The translations under genes and the position numbers were made by a program. Shown one piece after another: positions 1-10,700 of a stretch of 64,000 nucleotides of DNA (its first letter is position 1; every line of letters starts with the position of its first letter). The stretch is taken from the NCBI RefSeq assembly GCF_009834535.1, contig NC_045697.1, positions 38,318,001-38,382,000 on the forward strand, in the 5' to 3' direction. The DNA comes from Camelus ferus. Its lineage: Eukaryota. The notes beneath the pieces were generated by a model. It had not been told where the DNA came from and searched no databases. It saw nothing but the letters and a program-made list of their open reading frames with translations.

Positions 1-1306
1 CTTTTCATTTGTACACACGTTTCTGAGTCTGTATCGAATTCTTTAGAAAGTAAAAAACACAAGTAGCACTCCGTTTGTAAGAAACATCTAAAATGAGAAC
101 ATTTGGGTGGCTTTGTTTTGTTTAGACAAGGTAAGCATTTAAGAAAAGCCCTCAGGGAATAAGGAATATTTGCATTTTATACGAAGGATACAGTAGTTAT
201 GAGGTTGAACTCAGGTCCAGAGGTTACATGAATAGTCCAAGCTTCCAGGTTTATAAAACTTTCTGGAAGTAAAGCCTAGAAGAGACTTTAAGGCATTAAA
301 GTGGAAATTGTCCTGAGTCGGTTCAGGCCCCAGCTCTCCTGCTTAAGATGTCAGTTGGTCTGAGCCCTGCTGACTTTACAGCTGGGCTGCTCTTACAGTT
401 GTGTTATTATGAATGTATATAAAATAACACGTGTGAAATTACAGCATCACCCGTACAATGATATCCTTTTAATTCCTTGTCCAGATTTTTTCCTCATATC
501 ATGTTATCTGCCTTCCTAATGTGCCTTAGTGGTTTGCATTTTCTTTTCTAGTTGATACTGCATATGTGTTCCAAGTCATCATATTGCTTTGCAGTTTAAT
601 TTTGGATTTGAAAGCTTCCATATTTCAGGAAATTCAGAATCAATAGTCTAAATCATTTAGAAAACATTAATAAGGGATGGTGGTCTGTTACTGCTTTGCC
701 TGAGGGGAAAATAGTAATCTCAAATGAAAGAGAAAAGAAAAAATACCTTAGAAGGAGCGATCTTATGGCCATTTGCTCTTCCACGTCCTATTAGTACAGA
801 TCATACCGCAGTTATCAATTAGTTCCATGTATCCTTCCGAGACTGGCATACTGCTGCTACTCTCTTGACTAAGGTATTAATATAGATGATTATGCTTTTA
901 TTTAGGGTTTTACATAAATATTACAAAGCATAGAAAAATTTTATAGCTGATAGAATTGGAAGAAGTGTCAGAGATGACATAGTCTAAAGCCACTCCATTA
1001 CAGAAATGAGAGTATACCGTCACTGATGACACACTGTGGGGCAGAAATCTACTTGTTCAGGCCCCAGAAGTATACAGCACTGAGGCATGGTCCCTAAGCC
1101 TTGATATAGAAGAAGGTGTACCTTCTTGAAATACAGTGTAAAAAGTAGAATGTAAACACAAAGTGATAAATTAAAGTAGATGTGTAGATGTATATATCAG
1201 CCTTTGTTATCTTTGTCAAAGAGCTTTATCGGTAGTTCACCTTTGTACTTCTTTTATATATTTGCATAATACGGAGCATTACTTTTTTTTTTTTTTAACT
1301 TTGTAG

Positions 1307-1534
1307 GCCAACATCCAGTCAATCATGGCCTCTGAAAAGCAGGTGAACATCCTGATGAAGTTGCTGGATGAGGCGCTGAAGGAGGTGGATCAGATTGAAT
1401 TGAAACTGAGCAGTTACGAGGAAATGCTCCAAAGTGTAAAAGAACAAATGGATCAGATCTCTGAAAGCAACCACCTGATTCATCTCAGTAACACTAATAA
1501 TGTAAAACTCCTGTCTGAGATAGAGTTCCTTGTG
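1307..1534 (+). CDS. EXOC1: EXOC1 coding exon (human exon 6 equivalent); gene 5' end lies upstream of the window
   Basis: tgtag|GCC...GTG|gtaagt; 228 nt; [41 protein letters not shown]... recognised as the Sec3/EXOC1 coiled coil. Confidence 0.96.
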
Positions 1535-1745
1535 GTAAGTGTGATTATAAATTACCAGCAACAACAACAACAAAAAGGCCTAATGAGAATATATAAAACC
1601 CATTTGTAAACATTTTCTAATTTCCTGAGGAGAGCAAGATATAAAATACTGTAAATCCAAAGACCTAGTCGTAGGATTGAGTAGCATCTTGCCTGTAAAT
1701 TTCCCAAGATTATACATGCAAATGGTGTATTTATACATATTCCAG

Positions 1746-1878
1746 AACCACCTGGACTTGGCCAAAGGTCATATAAAGGCCCTTCAGGAAGGAGATCTTG
1801 CTTCTTCCAGGGGCATTGAGGCCTGCACCAATGCCGCAGATGCCCTTCTGCAGTGCATGAATGTGGCTCTTCGACCAG
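1746..1878 (+). CDS. EXOC1: EXOC1 coding exon 7
   Basis: tccag|AAC...CCAG|gtatgt; 133 nt; [44 protein letters not shown]. Confidence 0.96.
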
Positions 1879-2168
1879 GTATGTTCATTAGCGACAATAA
1901 AACCTGCCCAAGAACCCTAGACTAAAGCCTATGACATAGTATAAAGCTTTTGACAAGACATACATGGGGCAAGTGGTTTAGGGTTACTTTATCAGCTATT
2001 CAAACACATTTCACTTATTCTCAAACATAATGTGCATTGACACTAAGAGCTTTTTCATTTCAGTTCCTTCTGATTAACCATCAATGACTGTAAGTTAACA
2101 CCATGATTTTTCTTCAGTACCGTCCATAGAACATAACACAAAGTAGATGACATAAGGTTTTGCTAAAC

Positions 2169-2345
2169 CAGTGGTTCCAAAACTTAAGCTTGCATCAGAA
2201 TCACCTAGAGGTGATTCACCTTTTTAAAATACAGCTTGTCACGTGCCACCCCCAGAATCAGGAGGTCTGGGCTGAGGCCTTAGAGTCCACATTTCTAACA
2301 GTTCCCGGGTGATGCTGGGGCAAGATCAGGCTTTGAGAAACACTG
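2169..2345. mobile_element. MER5A-like hAT-Charlie MITE
   Basis: CAGTGGTT...AAACACTG ends, internal GCATCAGAATCACCT and CATTTCTAACA motifs, 8-bp TSD TGCTAAAC/TGCTATAC. Confidence 0.8.
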
Positions 2346-2513
2346 TGCTATACTATGTTTCCCCCTTACCTTTCTTTTATGAAGCAAATGAATAAGCCAT
2401 TAAAACTTAGGGTTCTTCAAAACTGAAGTATGGATACTGTTAGAAAGGTATTTATTAAGCATCAAGGAACTTTTTTAACCCATTAAAGAAGTCAAGAAAT
2501 GTTATGATTTCAG

Positions 2514-2623
2514 GCCATGACATGCTTCTGGCAGTCAAACAGCAACAGCAGCGTTTCAGTGATTTGCGAGAGCATTTTGCCCGGAGACTGGCCAGTCACC
2601 TCAACAATGTTTTTGTTCAACAG
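2514..2623 (+). CDS. EXOC1: EXOC1 coding exon 8
   Basis: ttcag|GC CAT...CAG|gtaatt; 110 nt; (G)[36 protein letters not shown]; phase matches both neighbours. Confidence 0.95.
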
Positions 2624-3071
2624 GTAATTTTATTTTATTATTAATACTGACATGTTCCTGTAACTTGTTTATATAGTAGCTTAAATGTAAATTCCTACAA
2701 AAAATTTTAATGTGTTTAACTGGGATCACACTATATTCCTGCACACATGTATTTGATTTTAATATTTTTAAATATGCACATATTTGCTCATAGATGTATT
2801 TTGGGCTACAACAGCCTCCTTAGGAAGACAGTCTAGTTCCTTTTAGCTAAAACTCTGAGTTTTAAGGAACTTTGCTTACATATTGCACATTATCATTTAG
2901 AAGTTCTTATTTAAAAAAGTAAGTCCAGACTTGTGACATGTTTACTCTTTGGCCTATTTTTAGGTAAGAACTAGGACTTGACTCCATATTTTAAGTGTTC
3001 CATTGTCTCCGTATACTTATATACATGAAAAAATGAGTAACTCAATTGAAATTTTCAGTTGATTTAATCTT

Positions 3072-3125
3072 TTTCCCTTGAAAATTTTTTATTGAAATAT
3101 AGTTGATTTACAATGTTTTGTTAGC
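3072..3125 (-). mobile_element. Ultra-truncated L1 3' end
   Basis: TTTTTTTATTGAAATATAGTTGATTTACAATGTT between perfect 16-bp direct repeats CAGTTGATTTAATCTT (3056-3071 and 3126-3141). Confidence 0.75.
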
Positions 3126-3445
3126 CAGTTGATTTAATCTTATATAAACCCTTTGTCTGCATTTTTATATGAAAAAGGATGTTACAATTAAGGTTGTGGC
3201 AATGATATTAATATGATTAAGCAGACCTTGGAGAGATTTGAATAGAAAGCATTTTAATATCTGATGTAATAAATTAAGTTTCGTGTACTTTTCATCTCTT
3301 TTATTTTAATAGGGTTATTGGGCCAAAAAAATTGAGGGAAATTCTGTTCATCAAGAAGTGCTGTCTGAAATATTGGATTCTTATTTTGTTTTCACTTTGC
3401 AGTATTCTACAACAACTGTATTTACTATATTTTATTTCTGATCAG

Positions 3446-3499
3446 TTTACTCAGGCCCTCCTTCAGCTCTATAACAGGTCCTACTTTCTTTCGGTGCCT
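3446..3499 (+). CDS. EXOC1: Putative in-frame 54-nt alternative EXOC1 exon (FTQALLQLYNRSYFLSVP)
   Basis: atcag|TTT...CCT|gtgagt; 18 codons, no stop, phase 0/0 matching the host intron. Confidence 0.6.
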
Positions 3500-4647
3500 G
3501 TGAGTACATCAACTTTGGCTCCAGCTTCTCTGATTCTTTTTTTTTTTTTTAATAAAGTTTACTAAACCTAACAGTTGCAGAATCTTAATAGATTATAATT
3601 AACTGATATAAGCTACCTGTTAACCATATTCGTAGCAGTTTAATGTCCCATAACAAAAAATGTATTTTGGCCAGAAAGGCATTTAATCTCATTCTGCTTG
3701 CCTTTTGTTCTGTCATTCTTGCATTCACTCACTCCTTCATTTATTTAGAAATCGTTTTCCAAGTGATTAGAGATACATACCAGACATTTACTTGGACTAG
3801 ATGAGAGGCTGATTCTCCCCTCAAGTAGCTCACAGTCTAGAGAAGGGAGATAGACAGATGCACTCAGGGAGGGTATATGTTATGATACTGGTACCCTGGG
3901 AGCATAAAGAAAGGCCACCCAACTAAGCATATGAAAGGGAAATTGGGAAGATTCTCTTAACGTTTCACTTGACTTGAAAAGCATAAAGAAAAAAGTAAAT
4001 GTAGAAATCTAGGAAATATTAAAACACATTTTTCTTATGCTATTATTTCAATAATATCAATTTCTATACAATTCCTTAGTTTTTGAAAACAACTCTGTTC
4101 AGTGATGTTATCCATATTTGCAGCTGGTATTGAAAATACCAGTCAGTAAACAGAAGTCCTATCTGCACCCTTAATTGTTTGCTGTAACATGCTGTTATTC
4201 ATGATTTTGCTTCTTTGCCTTATAAACTAATGGCTTTGTTTAAAGTCAGTGCTTCCCAGTTCTGAAAATCTGATATGTATTGTTACATGTGAGCAATGCA
4301 CGTTGAAAACCAGAATGTTGCAACAACCTAGAATGTGCTGAAGAAGGTGGAGGATGATGTCCCAAGTACAGAAAAGTTTTTCTGTGTATTAAATTTAATG
4401 CGTCATATCATCTAACAAAAGAGGTGGGAAACTTGGGTATTTCTATTCCTGGTTGTGGGACAAAGTAGCTGGGAAAATGTGATTGCCATATTATGATACA
4501 TGTCTTTGTCAATGATTGAATTTTCATTGTGTGCCTATTTTGTGCTCATTGTCATTCACATGTAAGAATAAGAAATGGTTCCCACCCTCAAGATGCTTGT
4601 GAAGAGGTGTTAAAACTAATGTGCTTAAAGCTCCACAGCGCTGTATA

Positions 4648-7017
4648 CAGGATACCTTGGAGACATGTTCCGTTCCAGACTACAGTTAAGCGAGTATCTT
4701 GATAAAGCAAGTCACACAGATTTTTTGGTTTCCCAGTGCATATAAAAGTTATGTTTACTCTATACTATAGTCTGTTAAGTGTGCAATAGCTTTATGTCTA
4801 ACAAAACAATGCACATGCCTTAATTTAAAAATACTATATTGCAGAAAAAAATGCTAACCATCATCTGAGTTTTCAGTGAGTCAGTCTTTTCGCTGCTGGA
4901 GGGTCTTGCCTCGATGTTGATGGCTGCTAAGGGATCAAGGTGGTAGTTGCTGAAGGTTAGGGTGGCTGTGGCAATTTTTTAAAATAAGACAACAATGAAG
5001 TTTACCATGACAGTTGACTCTTTGTTTTCAGTTTCTCTATAGCATGCGAGGCTGTCTGATAGCATTTTACCCACAGTAGAATTTCTTTCCAGATTGGAGT
5101 CAGTCCTCTCAAATCCTGCTGCTACTTTATCTACAAGATTTAGTAATAGTCTAAATCCTTTGTTGTCATTTCAGTAGTCTTCACAGCTCCTTGACCAGGA
5201 GTATGTAGATTCCATCTCAAGAAACCACTTTCTTTGCTTATCCATAAGAAGCAACTCCTCGTTCATTAAAATTATATCATGAGAATACAGCAATTCAGCC
5301 ACATCTTCAAGCTCCACTTCTAATTCTAGTACTCTTGCTGTTTTACCATACCTGTAATTACTTCCTCTACTGAAGTCTTGAACTCCTCAAAGTCATCCAT
5401 GAGAGTTGCAATCAGCTTCTTTCAAAACTCCAGTTAATGTTGATATTTTTACCTCTTCTCATGAATCACAAATGTTCTTGATGGCATCTGGAATGGTGAA
5501 TCCTTTTCATAACGTTTTCAGTTGACTTTACCCAGATCCATCAGAGGAATTACTATCTGTGGCAGCCGTGGCCCTACAAAATGTTATTTCTTAAAGAATA
5601 AGACTTAAAAGTCAAAATGGCTCTTTGTCCATGGGCTGCAGAACAGATGCTGTGTTAGCAGCATGAAAACGACATTAATCTTGTAAATCTCCATCAGGGT
5701 TCTTGGGTGACCAGGTGCGTTGGCAGTGAGCAGTAACATTTTGAAAGGAGTATTTTTTCTGAGCAGTAGGTCTCAACAGTTTGTCTTAAAATATTGAGTA
5801 AACCATGTTGTAAACAGATGTGCTGTCATGCAGGCTTTGTTCTATGTTTAGAACACAGGCAGAAGAGATTTAGTTTAAATCTTAAGGGTGCTGCAATTTT
5901 CAGAATGGTAAATGAGCACTAGCTTCATCTTCAAGTCACCAGCTGCATTAGCCCCTAATGAGAGAGTCAGCCTGTCCTTTAAAGCTTTGATGCCAGTCAT
6001 TGACTTCTCTCTAGCTATGAAGTCCTAAATGCATCTTTTTCCAATAGAAGGCTGTTTCATCTACATGGGAAATCCACTGTTTAGTGTAGCCACCATCATG
6101 AATTATCTCAGCTAGAGCTGGATAACTTGCTGCAGCTTCTCCATCAGTACTTGCTGCTTCACCTGACACTTTTTATGTTATGGAGACAGCTTCTTTCCTT
6201 AAACCTCATGAACCAACCTGGATAGCTTCAAACTTTTCTTCTGCATCTTCCTCACCTCTCTCGGCCTTCACAGAATTGAAGAGAGTTAGGGTGTTGTTCT
6301 GGATTAGGCTTTGACTTAAGGAAATGTGGCTGGTTTGATCTTCTGTTCAGACCACTAAAGCTTTCCCCACATCAGCAATAAGATTGTTTTGCTTTCTCAT
6401 CATTCATGTGTTCACTGGAGTAGCACTTGTCATTTCCTTCAATAACTTTTCCTTTGCATGCACAACGTGTCTGTTGGCACAAGGTGCCTAGCTTTCGGCC
6501 TGTCTTGGCTTTCCATCTGCCATCCTCACCAAACTTAATCATTTCTAGCTTTTGATTTAAAGTGAAGACATGTGACTCTTCCTTTCACTCGAACACTTAG
6601 AGGCCATTATCAGGATATTAACGGACCTACTTTTATTGTTTTGTCTCAAGGAGTAGGGAGGCCCAAGGAGAGGGAGGGAAATGGGAACAGCTGGTGAGTA
6701 GAGCAGTCAGAACATACATATTTATCAATTAAGTTCACCATCTTATATGGGCACGGTTTGTGGTACCCAAAAACAATTACAATAGTAACATCAAAGATCA
6801 CCATAACAAATATAATAATAATGAAAAAGTTTGAGATATTGTAGGAATTACCAAAATGTGACACAGAGACATGCTGTGAGCAAATGCTGTTAGAAAAATG
6901 GTGCCAGTAGACTTGTTTGACACACAGTTGCTACAAAACTGCAATTTGTAAAAAAAAAAAAATTGCTGTATCTGCAAAGCACAATAAAGCAAAGCTCAAT
7001 GAAATGAGATATGCTTG
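4648..7017 (-). mobile_element. Near full-length Tigger1 (pogo/TcMar) DNA transposon, decayed transposase
   Basis: TA|CAGGATACCTTGG...GAGATATGCTTG|TA; both termini resemble the Tigger1 consensus; about 2.37 kb; no long ORF. Confidence 0.9.
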
Positions 7018-8769
7018 TATATTGAATTGCTAATTGTATGACCACATATACATTGTACACGTATGTATAAGTGCTAAAGAGGTTTAATCAAAAGTGAGCT
7101 TACTGAGGATTTAATTAGTCAGATAGGGCATCATGGATGAAGACAAGACTTGAACAGCATTTATGCAATGCAGTTCACAGCAAATGTTTAGATACCATAA
7201 TATTATAACTACTGTATGGAAGAATCCAGTGGAAATAGCCTAATGATCACAACATAACAGTGATTTAAGAGCATTAATTCCCAATCTTTATAAAATTCAC
7301 ACATCAATAAGATTAAATAAAATTTAGAGACTGACCAAGTCACCAATTTATTTTACCAAGTAAAAACCTTAAAAAAAAAAAGCAACCATCTACTTTCACT
7401 ATCTTTTTATTTTTTTAATGACATTTGGCACTAAAAGAAAAGGAAGAATATAATTTCAGACTTTCAAAATTAATGCATTTACCTTTATGAGAAACTTGCT
7501 CCCATTCTTTCTTGTTTTCTTAGTGCTGGAGGCCAGTGAGAACGTCTTCACATTTGGGAATCACTCACTGACCCAGAGCGTGCTCTCTGTGGTGCAATTT
7601 ATAGTAATACTTCCATTATCTTAATGAAACTTGAAATGCATTCTTATTTAACATTCATTTCTTACTGTAACATAATATGAAAGTAATGTTTTTAACAATT
7701 GGCTAGAATCTTTCGGCTCTTTTAGATCTTCCATGCCTAGCTTCCACTGAAATGACAGGCTCTTCCCTATAATTTGTACATTTACTGGGGATTCATGTAT
7801 CTAGAAAGATATTCACCTGGGAGAATCAGGCCAGTTACACTAATTAGGATTCTGATGTTGAAAGCAGACAGTCAAATTAAGGCTAATAAAATTGAGAAAT
7901 ATTTGCAAAAGGAGTACGTCCTTTTAAAAATTCTTTTGGTTGTTTATTGAAAGGTTTGTCTTGAAAGAATAACTGTTCTCTGCCCTTTTCCCTCCTTTTG
8001 TTCTTAGAGACCTGATGATTCCTCCTGTGTGACCTGAGCAAATCACTTAACTCTTTGAGTTTTAGTTTGTTCTTCTAGAAAGTAAGGTTATTGGATTAGA
8101 TGATCAACCAAGTCTATATTCTCTAAAACAAAAGTCAGGATGCCATCATTATCTCAGGCTGTTTGAAAACTTACTAATTTATGTATTAAGTCATGTCAAG
8201 GATTAAAGTTACTCATTTAACAAATTAATGGAAAAATTTTAATTAGATTATTATTAGGGGTTATCCAGAAAGCCCAGGTTACAGTCATCTGTAGTCCCTC
8301 CTAGTTCAGAAAGTCTATATCATACATATTTTCATCTGTTGTTTTAAACATTGTCAACTCTAATGGAAATACCATAGATGTAGACAATTTGTTTTGAATG
8401 ACTTCCCTCTTTGGTGTGTTTCTTAATACGGTTTGTATCATGATATTTATTTGTTTAGTAAATTGTAAAATGGTATGTGGTAGGAGGGGCAAGCTTGATT
8501 AGAATATTCATTCTCAATTCCTTCAGGAGACGAAATGAGCAGTTGATTTATCAGAGAGCCGTTCTTGTGTGTTTATGACTATTTTATGGTAGTGGTGTTC
8601 AGTTGATATACACAAGATGATAAAAGAAGACAAGTGCTTGGTTCTTATTTTTCTGTGTTCTGTTGGTTTTGCTTGGCGGTATTTGATCATTGCTTATAAT
8701 TTTTCGTTACAACAATGTTCCTTTATACTGTCAGTGATACCTATTTATTTACTTATTTACTCTCTCTAG

Positions 8770-8919
8770 GGTCATGATCAGAGTTCAACTCTTGCTCAAC
8801 ACTCTGTTGAACTGACTTTACCTAATCATCATCCATTTCATAGAGACTTGCTCCGATATGCCAAGCTGATGGAGTGGCTAAAGAGCACCGATTATGGAAA
8901 ATATGAGGGACTAACAAAG
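8770..8919 (+). CDS. EXOC1: EXOC1 coding exon 9
   Basis: ctag|GGT...AAG|gtatgg; 150 nt; [50 protein letters not shown]. Confidence 0.95.
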
Positions 8920-10107
8920 GTATGGACTTGATGTCAGGTACTCACTGAGTATAGAGCACAATCTTTTAGAATCAAGAGGTCATGTGTTCAGTTCCCCAAA
9001 TGCCATTTGAGATACTGTATATTCTTAGCAAAACAGAGAATAATTGAATTTCTAAGTGCTTATTAGCCAGGGAGAACATTTATATTGTTTACTTGGATGG
9101 AGAAGAGCTACATTTTAAACTTCAATAAATATAGTATTAGGCCATGCTGAAACATCATTCAGTTTAGGTAAATGCTATAATTATTTCCTGAGTTTCTTTA
9201 TGTGCAATATAGAAGCTAGGGAGTATGAAGATGTTGTAAGTGAGGTATTTATTTGCCATCTAAAAATTTATAATCTGTTCTTTTAAGTGAGTGCAATGTG
9301 CGTCTTTATTAAGCAAGCATTCCGCTGTTACAGGCACACAAAAACATGGGTATTTCTGTTCCCGATTCTGGGACAAACTAGCTAGGAAAACTTGATTACC
9401 GTATCATGGTACATCTCTTTGTCAAACACCAAATTTTCATTGCGGCCTATTTTATACTCACTGTCATATGTAAGACTAAGAAATGGCTCCCTACAAGACC
9501 CTACTTCCAAAGAGTTTTAAGTCTGACTGGGAAGAACAATTATACTTAAAACAATTAGCAAAAAATGAAGTGCTAAACTGGAAATGCGTTTAAATATGTG
9601 TTCGTTTAGAGACGGGAAATGCATGACTTGAAGCCATGGGGGAAAACTTCATGGAAGTCATTGGATTTGAATTAACTTTTAAGTAATGAGTGGGATTAAA
9701 TAAACCAAAATAAGAGGGAAGGAATTCCAGGGATGAGAAGCAGGATGTGCAGACAAAAGTGGGAAAATAGGCCCTTTTCCAGGACTATGAGGAGGCAACC
9801 CTGACTGAAACAGAAATTCTGTATTCTGAAATGAATAGTCAGGTTAAAAAATCTGAGCCATGAGACCTAACAGCATGCTTCAGACATGGGAAAAGATTGG
9901 ATGCAGGGAATTAAGAACCTAATGTAATAATTGAAATGAAATGAAATCTTGAGCCAGGAAGATGATTGTGGAAATAGAAAATATAAACCAAAAGAGGGAA
10001 TCCAAAGACAAGGGACAGGATGATGCCAAACTTGCCAGGCTTGGGGGTGAAAAGAGCATTGGTCTGTACCGCTGACTCAGTATCAGTGGTTGGGCAAGAT
10101 AAGAGTC

Positions 10108-10700
10108 CTTCATGTATTCACTCAGCAAATGAATTGAGCACCTGTTACGTGCTGACACCGTGTAAGCGCTAGAGATCCAGCACTGAGGGAAATGGGAGCA
10201 CTTAGCTGTTCAGAGTGCGTATTCCAGTGGACAAAGATTGACACAAAAGTCAATTATGTCATCTGTTGGAAGGTGCTGCTGAGGGCTCTGGAGACAAAAA
10301 GCAGGAAAGGCCAGGACTTGAGGAAGGTCACAGTTTCAAAAAGGATGGTCAAAGAAGGCGTCATGAGAAAATGACGTTCGAGCACAGATTTTAAAAATAA
10401 GGAAGGGTGAACATAAGGAATTTCCAGAAGACAGCTTTCCAGGCACAATGCAAGGACCCCAAGATGAGAGCAGCCTGGGGTGCCTGAGGAGGCCAGCGTG
10501 GTTGGAGCACAGCAGCCAGGGACAGGATGGGACAGGCAGCGGGGAAACCAAAGGAGGGGTGGGGCCAGGCAGGTCTGGACGGGACTGTGCACCGCTGTAA
10601 GGATTTGACTTCTGCTTGCAGGAGATGGGGAGAGAGGGTAATGGTGGGCTTTGGGTAGGGGAATAACACAGCCTGACTTAGATTTAATAAATGGCCTATG
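10108..10700 (-). mobile_element. LINE-2 3' fragment
   Basis: TTCATGTATTCACTCAGCAAATGAATTGAGCACCTG is the reverse complement of the L2 tail, followed by an L2-like body. Confidence 0.7.

Noticed and set aside
1555..1576. Poly-Q stretch
   Set aside because: An intronic (CAA)n downstream of the exon 6 donor, not in the spliced mRNA.
8527..8640. Strong-looking acceptor ttccttcag|GAG upstream of exon 9
   Set aside because: Stop at the fourth codon and no convincing donor; similar orphan acceptors at 11170 and 17508 were dropped for the same reason.
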